64,000 nt of DNA, from assembly GCA_014905635.1 (NCBI GenBank), contig JABVCE010000027.1:62001-126000 (forward strand), in the 5' to 3' direction. Position 1 is the stretch's first letter; every line of letters begins with the position of its first letter. Below, piece by piece: positions 17,601 to 29,600 of the stretch. Source of the stretch: Scenedesmus sp. PABB004 (taxonomy: Eukaryota). A program made the position numbers and the translations under genes. Under the pieces are notes generated by a model. It saw only the letters and a list, made by a program, of their open reading frames with translations. It was not told where the DNA came from and did no database searches.

Positions 17601-20600
17601 AGCCCGAGCCCAAGGTGAGGTGGCGGCCGCACTGGGCCGGGGCGCAGCAGTCTGCCGCTCGCATGCGGTCACCGCAGGCCTTGCTTGGCTCACCGTGTGT
17701 GGGGTCCTGCACTGCCCTGCCGCAGCCCGAGTCCCTCGCCGAGGCCGAGCCCCTCGCCGAGCCCGGGCCCGCTCACAAGCCCGAGCCCATTCTGGAGCCC
17801 GAGCCCAAGGTGAGGTGGCGGCTGCGCTGGGTTGGTGTGCCGCGGTCGGGTGCCCGCGCGCCGCCGGCTGCATTCCTTGGCTCACGTTTGTGTTGGACCG
17901 CGCGCAGCCGCAGCCCGAGCCCGTCGCCGAGGCCGAGTCCGTCGCCCTCGGCAAACGTCAATGACGACGACGATGACGAGGATGGTCGGTCGCCGAGCCC
18001 CTCGCCGCGGTCCAGCCCGAGCCCCAGCCCGCGCCCGAGTTTGAGCCCGAGGTGAGCAGGAGCAGCAGTCTAGTGCTGCTGGGGGTTTGGGTCGCAGGGC
18101 TGCCAGCGACAACGCTGGGTGTTCCGCCAGCTCAGCACGCAGTGCGTAGCATTGTGTTTGTGCCGCTGTCTGTTTTTGGCTCACGGAGTCGGCCCGCGCT
18201 GCCCCGCCGCAGCCCGAGCCCGTCGCCGAGCCCGAGCCGCTCGCCGAGCCCGAGCCCGAGCCCGCTCCCGAGCCCGAGCCGCTCGCCGAGCCCGAGCCCC
18301 TCGCCGAGCCCGAGCCCCTCGCCGAGCCCGAGCCCGCTCCCGAGCCCAAGCCCCTCGCCGAGCCCGAGCCCGCTGTCGAGCCGGAGCCCCTCGCCGAGCC
18401 CGAGCCCGCTGTCGAGCCCGAGCCCCTCGCCGAGCCCGAGCCCGCTGTCGAGCCCGAGCCCCTCGCCGAGCCCGAGCCCAAGGTGAGGTGGCGGCCGCAC
18501 TGGGCCGGGGCGCAGCAGTCTGCCGCTCGCATGCGGTCACCGCAGGCCTTGCTTGGCTCACCGTGTGTGGGGTCCTGCACTGCCCTGCCGCAGCCCGAGT
18601 CCCTCGCCGAGGCCGAGCCCCTCGCCGAGCCCGGGCCCGCTCACAAGCCCGAGCCCATTCTGGAGCCCGAGCCCAAGGTGAGGTGGCGGCTGCGCTGGGT
18701 TGGTGTGCCGCGGTCGGGTGCCCGCGCGCCGCCGGCTGCATTCCTTGGCTCACGTTTGTGTTGGACCGCGCGCAGCCGCAGCCCGAGCCCGTCGCCGAGG
18801 CCGAGTCCGTCGCCCTCGGCAAACGTCAATGACGACGACGATGACGAGGATGGTCGGTCGCCGAGCCCCTCGCCGCGGTCCAGCCCGAGCCCCAGCCCGC
18901 GCCCGAGTTTGAGCCCGAGGTGAGCAGGAGCAGCAGTCTAGTGCTGCTGGGGGTTTGGGTCGCAGGGCTGCCAGCGATAACGCTGGGTGTTCCGCCAGCT
19001 CAGCACGCAGTGCGTAGCGTTGTGTTTGTGCCGCTGTCTGTTTTTGGCTCACGGAGTCGGCCCACGCTGCCCCGCCGCAGCCCGAGCCCGTCGCCGAGCC
19101 CGAGCCGCTCGCCGAGCCCGAGCCCGCTCCCGAGCCTGAGCCCCTCGCCGAGCCCGAGCCCGCTCTCAAGCCCGAGCCCCTCGCCGAGCCCGAGCCCAAG
19201 GTGAGGTGGCGGCTGCGCTGGGTTGGTGTGCAGCGGTCGGGTGCCCGCGCGCCGCCGGCTGCATTCCTTGGCTCACGTTTGTGTTGGACCGCGCGCAGCC
19301 GCAGCCCGAGCCCGTCGCCGAGGCCGAGTCCGTCGCCCTCGGCAAACGTCAATGACGACGACGATGACGAGGATGGTCGGTCGCCGAGCCCCTCGCCGCG
19401 GTCCAGCCCGAGCCCCAGCCCGCGCCCGAGTTTGAGCCCGAGGTGAGCAGGAGCAGCAGTCTAGTGCTGCTGGGGGTTTGGGTCGCAGGGCTGCCAGCGA
19501 CAACGCTGGGTGTTCCGCCAGCTCAGCACGCAGTGCGTAGCATTGTGTTTGTGCCGCTGTCTGTTTTTGGCTCACGGAGTCGGCCCGCGCTGCCCCGCCG
19601 CAGCCCGAGCCCGTCGCCGAGCCCGAGCCGCTCGCCGAGCCCGAGCCCGCTCCCGAGCCTGAGCCCCTCGCCGAGCCCGAGCCCGCTCTCAAGCCCGAGC
19701 CCCTCGCCGAGCCCGAGCCCAAGGTGAGGTGGCGGCTGCGCTGGGTTGGTGTGCAGCGGTCGGGTGCCCGCGCGCCGCCGGCTGCATTCCTTGGCTCACG
19801 TTTGTGTTGGACCGCGCGCAGCCGCAGCCCGAGCCCGTCGCCGAGGCCGAGTCCGTCGCCCTCGGCAAACGTCAATGACGACGACGATGACGAGGATGGT
19901 CGGTCGCCGAGCCCCTCGCCGCGGTCCAGCCCGAGCCCCAGCCCGCGCCCGAGTTTGAGCCCGAGGTGAGCAGGAGCAGCAGTCTAGTGCTGCTGGGGGT
20001 TTGGGTCGCAGGGCTGCCAGCGACAACGCTGGGTGTTCCGCCAGCTCAGCACGCAGTGCGTAGCGTTGTGTTTGTGCCGCTGTCTGTTTTTGGCTCACGG
20101 AGTCGGCCCACGCTGCCCCGCCGCAGCCCGAGCCCGTCGCCGAGCCCGAGCCGCTCGCCGAGCCCGAGCCCGCTCCCGAGCCTGAGCCCCTCGCCGAGCC
20201 CGAGCCCGCTCTCAAGCCCGAGCCCCTCGCCGAGCCCGAGCCCAAGGTGAGGTGGCGGCTGCGCTGGGTTGGTGTGCAGCGGTCGGGTGCCCGCGCGCCG
20301 CCGGCTGCATTCCTTGGCTCACGTTTGTGTTGGACCGCGCGCAGCCGCAGCCCGAGCCCGTCGCCGAGGCCGAGTCCGTCGCCCTCGGCAAACGTCAATG
20401 ACGACGACGATGACGAGGATGGTCGGTCGCCGAGCCCCTCGCCGCGGTCCAGCCCGAGCCCCAGCCCGCGCCCGAGTTTGAGCCCGAGGTGAGCAGGAGC
20501 AGCAGTCTAGTGCTGCTGGGGGTTTGGGTCGCAGGGCTGCCAGCGATAACGCTGGGTGTTCCGCCAGCTCAGCACGCAGTGCGTAGCGTTGTGTTTGTGC

Positions 20601-23600
20601 CGCTGTCTGTTTTTGGCTCACGGAGTCGGCCCACGCTGCCCCGCCGCAGCCCGAGCCCGTCGCCGAGCCCGAGCCGCTCGCCGAGCCCGAGCCCGCTCCC
20701 GAGCCTGAGCCCCTCGCCGAGCCCGAGCCCGCTCTCAAGCCCGAGCCCCTCGCCGAGCCCGAGCCCAAGGTGAGGTGGCGGCTGCGCTGGGTTGGTGTGC
20801 AGCGGTCGGGTGCCCGCGCGCCGCCGGCTGCATTCCTTGGCTCACGTTTGTGTTGGACCGCGCGCAGCCGCAGCCCGAGCCCGTCGCCGAGGCCGAGTCC
20901 GTCGCCCTCGGCAAACGTCAATGACGACGACGATGACGAGGATGGTCGGTCGCCGAGCCCCTCGCCGCGGTCCAGCCCGAGCCCCAGCCCGCGCCCGAGT
21001 TTGAGCCCGAGGTGAGCAGGAGCAGCAGTCTAGTGCTGCTGGGGGTTTGGGTCGCAGGGCTGCCAGCGACAACGCTGGGTGTTCCGCCAGCTCAGCACGC
21101 AGTGCGTAGCATTGTGTTTGTGCCGCTGTCTGTTTTTGGCTCACGGAGTCGGCCCGCGCTGCCCCGCCGCAGCCCGAGCCCGTCGCCGAGCCCGAGCCGC
21201 TCGCCGAGCCCGAGCCCGCTCCCGAGCCTGAGCCCCTCGCCGAGCCCGAGCCCCTCGCCGAGCCCGAGCCCAAGGTGAGGTGGCGGCTGCGCTGGGTCGG
21301 TGTGCAGCAGTCTGCCGCTCGCATGCGGTCACCGCATGCCTTGCTTGGCTCACCGTGTGTGCGGTCCTGCACTGCCCTGCCGCAGCCCGAGTCCCTCGCC
21401 GAGCCCGAGCCGCTCGCCTATCCCGAGCCCGTCGCCGAGCCCGAGCCCCTCGCCGAGCCCGAGCCCGCTCCCGAGCCCGAGCCCCTCGCCGGGCCCGAGC
21501 CGTTCGCCGAGCCCGAGCCCGCTCTCAAGCCCGAGCCCCTCGCCGAGCCCGAGCCCAAGGTGAGGTGGCGGCTGCGCTGGGTTGGTGTGCAGCAGTCTGC
21601 CGCTCGCATGCGGTCACCGCAGGCCTTGCTTGGCTCACCGTGTGTGCGGTCCTGCACTGCCCTGCCGCAGCCCGAGTCCCTCGCCGAGCCCGAGCCGCTC
21701 GCCGAGCCCGAGCCCGTCGCCGAGCCCGAGCCCCTCGCCGAGCCCGAGTCCGCTCCCGAGCCCTAGCCCCTCGCCGAGCCCGAGCCCCTCGCCGAGCCCG
21801 AGCCGCTTGCCGAGCCCGAGCCCACTCCCGAGCCCGAGCCCGTCGCCGAGCCCGAGCCCCTCGCCGAGCCCGAGCCCAAGGTGAGGTGGCGGCTGCGCTA
21901 GGTTGGTGTGCAACAGTCTGCCGCTCGCATGCGGTCACCGCAGGCCTTGCTTGGCTCACCGTGTGTGCGGTCCTGCACTGCCCTGCCGCAGCCCGAGTCC
22001 CTCGCCGAGCCCGAGTGCCTCGCCGAGCCCGAGCCGCTCGCCGAGCCCGAGCCCGCTCCCGAGCCCGAGCCCCTCGCCGAGCCCGAGCCCGCTCCCGAGC
22101 CCGAGCCCCTCGCCGAGCCCGAGCCGCTCGCCGAGCCCGAGCCCGCTCCCGAGCCCGAGCCCAAGGTGAGGTGGCGGCTGCGCTGGGTTGGTGTGCAGCA
22201 GTCTGCCGCTCGCATGCGGTCACCGCAGGCCTTGCTTGGCTCACCGTGTGTGCGGTCCTGCACTGCCCTGCCGCAGCCCGAGTCCCTCGCCGAGCCCGAG
22301 TGCCTCGCCGAGCCCGAGCCGCTCGCCGAGCCCGAGCCCGCTCCCGAGCCCGAGCCCCTCGCCGAGCCCGAGCCCGCTCCCGAGCCCGAGCCCCTCGCCG
22401 AGCCCGAGCCGCTCGCCGAGCCCGAGCCCGCTCCCGAGCCCGAGCCCAAGGTGAGGTGGCGGCTGCGCTGGGTTGGTGTGCAGCAGTCTGCCGCTCGCAT
22501 GCGGTCACCGCAGGCCTTGCTTGGCTCACCGTGTGTGCGGTCCTGCACTGCCCTGCCGCAGCCCGAGTCCCTCGCCGAGCCCGAGCCGCTCGCCGAGCCC
22601 GAGCCCGTCGCCGAGCCCGAGCCCCTCGCCGAGCCCGAGTCCGCTCCCGAGCCCTAGCCCCTCGCCGAGCCCGAGCCCCTCGCCGAGCCCGAGCCGCTTG
22701 CCGAGCCCGAGCCCACTCCCGAGCCCGAGCCCGTCGCCGAGCCCGAGCCCCTCGCCGAGCCCGAGCCCAAGGTGAGGTGGCGGCTGCGCTAGGTTGGTGT
22801 GCAGCAGTCTGCCGCTCGCATGCGGTCACCGCAGGCCTTGCTTGGCTCACCGTGTGTGCGGTCCTGCACTGCCCTGCCGCAGCCCGAGCCCCTCACCGAG
22901 CCCGGCGCCGCTCAACCCTTACAACGTTGAGAGCCCGAGCCCGTCGCCGAGCCCGTCGCCCGAGCCGAGCCCGAGGTGAGAGCTTGCTGCGCGCTGGTTG
23001 GGGGCGCAGCAGCGCGCGGCTGGCCGCCGCCGCCGCGAGGGAGGGCCACGCGTGCCGCCGGTTGCGTTCCCTCGGCCGGGCTCACCGTGTCGGCCCGCGC
23101 TGCACCGCCGCAGCCCGAGCCCCTCGCCGAGCCCGGCGCCGCTCAACCCTTACAACGTTGAGAGCCCGAGCCCGTCGCCGAGCCCGTCGCCCGAGCCGAG
23201 CCCGAGGTGAGAGCTTGCTGCGCGCTGGTTGGGGGCGCAGCAGCGCGCGGCTGGCCGCCGCCGCCGCGAGGGAGGGCCACGCGTGCCGCCGGTTGCGTTC
23301 CCTCGGCCGGGCTCACCGTGTCGGCCCGCGCTGCACCGCCGCAGCCCGAGCCCCTCGCCGAGCCCGGCGCCGCTCAACCCTTACAACGTTGAGAGCCCGA
23401 GCCCGTCGCCGAGCCCGTCGCCCGAGCCGAGCCCGAGGTGAGAGCTTGCTGCGCGCTGGTTGGGGGCGCAGCAGCGCGCGGCTGGCCGGCGCCGCCGCGA
23501 GGGAGGGCCACGCGTGCCGCCGGTTGCGTTCCCTCGGCCGGGCTCACCGTGTCGGCCCGCGCTGCACCGCCGCAGCCCGAGCCCCTCGCCGAGCCCGGCG

Positions 23601-26600
23601 CCGCTCAACCCTTACAACGTTGAGAGCCCGAGCCCGTCGCCGAGCCCGTCGCCCGAGCCGAGCCCGAGGTGAGAGCTTGCTGCGCGCTGGTTGGGGGCGC
23701 AGCAGCGCGCGGCTGGCCGCCGCCGCCGCGAGGGAGGGCCACGCGTGCCGCCGGTTGCGTTCCCTCGGCCGGGCTCACCGTGTCGGCCCGCGCTGCACCG
23801 CCGCAGCCCGAGCCCCTCGCCGAGCCCGGCGCCGCTCAACCCTTACAACGTTGAGAGCCCGAGCCCGTCGCCGAGCCCGTCGCCCGAGCCGAGCCCGAGG
23901 TGAGAGCTTGCTGCGCGCTGGTTGGGGGCGCAGCAGCGCGCGGCTGGCCGCCGCCGCCGCGAGGGAGGGCCACGCGTGCCGCCGGTTGCGTTCCCTCGGC
24001 CGGGCTCACCGTGTCGGCCCGCGCTGCACCGCCGCAGCCCGAGCCCCTCGCCGAGCCCGGCGCCGCTCAACCCTTACAACGTTGAGAGCCCGAGCCCGTC
24101 GCCGAGCCCGTCGCCGAGCCCGTCGCCCGAGCCGAGCCCGAGGTGAGAGCTTGCTGCGCGCTGGTTGGGGGCGCAGCAGCGCGCGGCTGGCCGCCGCCGC
24201 CGCGAGGGAGGGCCACGCGTGCCGGCGGTTGCGTTCCCTCGGCCGGGCTCACCGTGTCGGCCCGCGCTGCACCGCCGCAGCCCGAGCCCCTCGCCGAGCC
24301 CGGCGCCGCTCAACCCTTACAACGTTGAGAGCCCGAGCCCGTCGCCGAGCCCGTCGCCGAGCCCGTCGCCCGAGCCGAGCCCGAGGTGAGAGCTTGCTGC
24401 GCGCTGGTTGGGGGCGCAGCAGCGCGCGGCTGGCCGCCGCCGCCGCGAGGGAGGGCCACGCGTGCCGCCGGTTGCGTTCCCTCGGCCGGGCTCACCGTGT
24501 CGGCCCGCGCTGCACCGCCGCAGCCCGAGCCCCTCGCCGAGCCCGGCGCCGCTCAACCCTTACAACGTTGAGAGCCCGAGCCCGTCGCCGAGCCCGTCGC
24601 CCGAGCCGAGCCCGAGGTGAGAGCTTGCTGCGCGCTGGTTGGGGGCGCAGCAGCGCGCGGCTGGCCGGCGCCGCCGCGAGGGAGGGCCACGCGTGCCGCC
24701 GGTTGCGTTCCCTCGGCCGGGCTCACCGTGTCGGCCCGCGCTGCACCGCCGCAGCCCGAGCCCCTCGCCGAGCCCGGCGCCGCTCAACCCTTACAACGTT
24801 GAGAGCCCGAGCCCGTCGCCGAGCCCGTCGCCCGAGCCGAGCCCGAGGTGAGAGCTTGCTGCGCGCTGGTTGGGGGCGCAGCAGCGCGCGGCTGGCCGGC
24901 GCCGCCGCGAGGGAGGGCCACGCGTGCCGCCGGTTGCGTTCCCTCGGCCGGGCTCACCGTGTCGGCCCGCGCTGCACCGCCGCAGCCCGAGCCCCTCGCC
25001 GAGCCCGGCGCCGCTCAACCCTTACAACGTTGAGAGCCCGAGCCCGTCGCCGAGCCCGTCGCCCGAGCCGAGCCCGAGGTGAGAGCTTGCTGCGCGCTGG
25101 TTGGGGGCGCAGCAGCGCGCGGCTGGCCGGCGCCGCCGCGAGGGAGGGCCACGCGTGCCGCCGGTTGCGTTCCCTCGGCCGGGCTCACCGTGTCGGCCCG
25201 CGCTGCACCGCCGCAGCCCGAGCCCCTCGCCGAGCCCGGCGCCGCTCAACCCTTACAACGTTGAGAGCCCGAGCCCGTCGCCGAGCCCGTCGCCCGAGCC
25301 GAGCCCGAGGTGAGAGCTTGCTGCGCGCTGGTTGGGGGCGCAGCAGCGCGCGGCTGGCCGCCGCCGCCGCGAGGGAGGGCCACGCGTGCCGCCGGTTGCG
25401 TTCCCTCGGCCGGGCTCACCGTGTCGGCCCGCGCTGCACCGCCGCAGCCCGAGCCCCTCGCCGAGCCCGGCGCCGCTCAACCCTTACAACGTTGAGAGCC
25501 CGAGCCCGTCGCCGAGCCCGTCGCCCGAGCCGAGCCCGAGGTGAGAGCTTGCTGCGCGCTGGTTGGGGGCGCAGCAGCGCGCGGCTGGCCGCCGCCGCCG
25601 CGAGGGAGGGCCACGCGTGCCGCCGGTTGCGTTCCCTCGGCCGGGCTCACCGTGTCGGCCCGCGCTGCACCGCCGCAGCCCGAGCCCCTCGCCGAGCCCG
25701 GCGCCGCTCAACCCTTACAACGTTGAGAGCCCGAGCCCGTCGCCGAGCCCGTCGCCCGAGCCGAGCCCGAGGTGAGAGCTTGCTGCGCGCTGGTTGGGGG
25801 CGCAGCAGCGCGCGGCTGGCCGCCGCCGCCGCGAGGGAGGGCCACGCGTGCCGCCGGTTGCGTTCCCTCGGCCGGGCTCACCGTGTCGGCCCGCGCTGCA
25901 CCGCCGCAGCCCGAGCCCCTCGCCGAGCCCGGCGCCGCTCAACCCTTACAACGTTGAGAGCCCGAGCCCGTCGCCGAGCCCGTCGCCCGAGCCGAGCCCG
26001 AGGTGAGAGCTTGCTGCGCGCTGGTTGGGGGCGCAGCAGCGCGCGGCTGGCCGCCGCCGCCGCGAGGGAGGGCCACGCGTGCCGCCGGTTGCGTTCCCTC
26101 GGCCGGGCTCACCGTGTCGGCCCGCGCTGCACCGCCGCAGCCCGAGCCCCTCGCCGAGCCCGGCGCCGCTCAACCCTTACAACGTTGAGAGCCCGAGCCC
26201 GTCGCCGAGCCCGTCGCCCGAGCCGAGCCCGAGGTGAGAGCTTGCTGCGCGCTGGTTGGGGGCGCAGCAGCGCGCGGCTGGCCGCCGCCGCCGCGAGGGA
26301 GGGCCACGCGTGCCGCCGGTTGCGTTCCCTCGGCCGGGCTCACCGTGTCGGCCCGCGCTGCACCGCCGCAGCCCGAGCCCCTCGCCGAGCCCGGCGCCGC
26401 TCAACCCTTACAACGTTGAGAGCCCGAGCCCGTCGCCGAGCCCGTCGCCCGAGCCGAGCCCGAGGTGAGAGCTTGCTGCGCGCTGGTTGGGGGCGCAGCA
26501 GCGCGCGGCTGGCCGCCGCCGCCGCGAGGGAGGGCCACGCGTGCCGCCGGTTGCGTTCCCTCGGCCGGGCTCACCGTGTCGGCCCGCGCTGCACCGCCGC

Positions 26601-29600
26601 AGCCCGAGCCCCTCGCCGAGCCCGGCGCCGCTCAACCCTTACAACGTTGAGAGCCCGAGCCCGTCGCCGAGCCCGTCGCCCGAGCCGAGCCCGAGGTGAG
26701 AGCTTGCTGCGCGCTGGTTGGGGGCGCAGCAGCGCGCGGCTGGCCGCCGCCGCCGCGAGGGAGGGCCACGCGTGCCGCCGGTTGCGTTCCCTCGGCCGGG
26801 CTCACCGTGTCGGCCCGCGCTGCACCGCCGCAGCCCGAGCCCCTCGCCGAGCCCGGCGCCGCTCAACCCTTACAACGTTGAGAGCCCGAGCCCGTCGCCG
26901 AGCCCGTCGCCCGAGCCGAGCCCGAGGTGAGAGCTTGCTGCGCGCTGGTTGGGGGCGCAGCAGCGCGCGGCTGGCCGCCGCCGCCGCGAGGGAGGGCCAC
27001 GCGTGCCGCCGGTTGCGTTCCCTCGGCCGGGCTCACCGTGTCGGCCCGCGCTGCACCGCCGCAGCCCGAGCCCCTCGCCGAGCCCGGCGCCGCTCAACCC
27101 TTACAACGTTGAGAGCCCGAGCCCGTCGCCGAGCCCGTCGCCCGAGCCGAGCCCGAGGTGAGAGCTTGCTGCGCGCTGGTTGGGGGCGCAGCAGCGCGCG
27201 GCTGGCCGCCGCCGCCGCGAGGGAGGGCCACGCGTGCCGCCGGTTGCGTTCCCTCGGCCGGGCTCACCGTGTCGGCCCGCGCTGCACCGCCGCAGCCCGA
27301 GCCCCTCGCCGAGCCCGGCGCCGCTCAACCCTTACAACGTTGAGAGCCCGAGCCCGTCGCCGAGCCCGTCGCCCGAGCCGAGCCCGAGGTGAGAGCTTGC
27401 TGCGCGCTGGTTGGGGGCGCAGCAGCGCGCGGCTGGCCGCCGCCGCCGCGAGGGAGGGCCACGCGTGCCGCCGGTTGCGTTCCCTCGGCCGGGCTCACCG
27501 TGTCGGCCCGCGCTGCACCGCCGCAGCCCGAGCCCCTCGCCGAGCCCGGCGCCGCTCAACCCTTACAACGTTGAGAGCCCGAGCCCGTCGCCGAGCCCGT
27601 CGCCCGAGCCGAGCCCGAGGTGAGAGCTTGCTGCGCGCTGGTTGGGGGCGCAGCAGCGCGCGGCTGGCCGCCGCCGCCGCGAGGGAGGGCCACGCGTGCC
27701 GCCGGTTGCGTTCCCTCGGCCGGGCTCACCGTGTCGGCCCGCGCTGCACCGCCGCAGCCCGAGCCCCTCGCCGAGCCCGGCGCCGCTCAACCCTTACAAC
27801 GTTGAGAGCCCGAGCCCGTCGCCGAGCCCGTCGCCCGAGCCGAGCCCGAGGTGAGAGCTTGCTGCGCGCTGGTTGGGGGCGCAGCAGCGCGCGGCTGGCC
27901 GCCGCCGCCGCGAGGGAGGGCCACGCGTGCCGCCGGTTGCGTTCCCTCGGCCGGGCTCACCGTGTCGGCCCGCGCTGCACCGCCGCAGCCCGAGCCCCTC
28001 GCCGAGCCCGGCGCCGCTCAACCCTTACAACGTTGAGAGCCCGAGCCCGTCGCCGAGCCCGTCGCCCGAGCCGAGCCCGAGGTGAGAGCTTGCTGCGCGC
28101 TGGTTGGGGGCGCAGCAGCGCGCGGCTGGCCGCCGCCGCCGCGAGGGAGGGCCACGCGTGCCGCCGGTTGCGTTCCCTCGGCCGGGCTCACCGTGTCGGC
28201 CCGCGCTGCACCGCCGCAGCCCGAGCCCCTCGCCGAGCCCGGCGCCGCTCAACCCTTACAACGTTGAGAGCCCGAGCCCGTCGCCGAGCCCGTCGCCCGA
28301 GCCGAGCCCGAGGTGAGAGCTTGCTGCGCGCTGGTTGGGGGCGCAGCAGCGCGCGGCTGGCCGCCGCCGCCGCGAGGGAGGGCCACGCGTGCCGCCGGTT
28401 GCGTTCCCTCGGCCGGGCTCACCGTGTCGGCCCGCGCTGCACCGCCGCAGCCCGAGCCCCTCGCCGAGCCCGGCGCCGCTCAACCCTTACAACGTTGAGA
28501 GCCCGAGCCCGTCGCCGAGCCCGTCGCCCGAGCCGAGCCCGAGGTGAGAGCTTGCTGCGCGCTGGTTGGGGGCGCAGCAGCGCGCGGCTGGCCGCCGCCG
28601 CCGCGAGGGAGGGCCACGCGTGCCGCCGGTTGCGTTCCCTCGGCCGGGCTCACCGTGTCGGCCCGCGCTGCACCGCCGCAGCCCGAGCCCCTCGCCGAGC
28701 CCGGCGCCGCTCAACCCTTACAACGTTGAGAGCCCGAGCCCGTCGCCGAGCCCGTCGCCCGAGCCGAGCCCGAGGTGAGAGCTTGCTGCGCGCTGGTTGG
28801 GGGCGCAGCAGCGCGCGGCTGGCCGCCGCCGCCGCGAGGGAGGGCCACGCGTGCCGCCGGTTGCGTTCCCTCGGCCGGGCTCACCGTGTCGGCCCGCGCT
28901 GCACCGCCGCAGCCCGAGCCCCTCGCCGAGCCCGGCGCCGCTCAACCCTTACAACGTTGAGAGCCCGAGCCCGTCGCCGAGCCCGTCGCCCGAGCCGAGC
29001 CCGAGGTGAGAGCTTGCTGCGCGCTGGTTGGGGGCGCAGCAGCGCGCGGCTGGCCGCCGCCGCCGCGAGGGAGGGCCACGCGTGCCGCCGGTTGCGTTCC
29101 CTCGGCCGGGCTCACCGTGTCGGCCCGCGCTGCACCGCCGCAGCCCGAGCCCCTCGCCGAGCCCGGCGCCGCTCAACCCTTACAACGTTGAGAGCCCGAG
29201 CCCGTCGCCGAGCCCGTCGCCCGAGCCGAGCCCGAGGTGAGAGCTTGCTGCGCGCTGGTTGGGGGCGCAGCAGCGCGCGGCTGGCCGCCGCCGCCGCGAG
29301 GGAGGGCCACGCGTGCCGCCGGTTGCGTTCCCTCGGCCGGGCTCACCGTGTCGGCCCGCGCTGCACCGCCGCAGCCCGAGCCCCTCGCCGAGCCCGGCGC
29401 CGCTCAACCCTTACAACGTTGAGAGCCCGAGCCCGTCGCCGAGCCCGTCGCCCGAGCCGAGCCCGAGGTGAGAGCTTGCTGCGCGCTGGTTGGGGGCGCA
29501 GCAGCGCGCGGCTGGCCGCCGCCGCCGCGAGGGAGGGCCACGCGTGCCGCCGGTTGCGTTCCCTCGGCCGGGCTCACCGTGTCGGCCCGCGCTGCACCGC

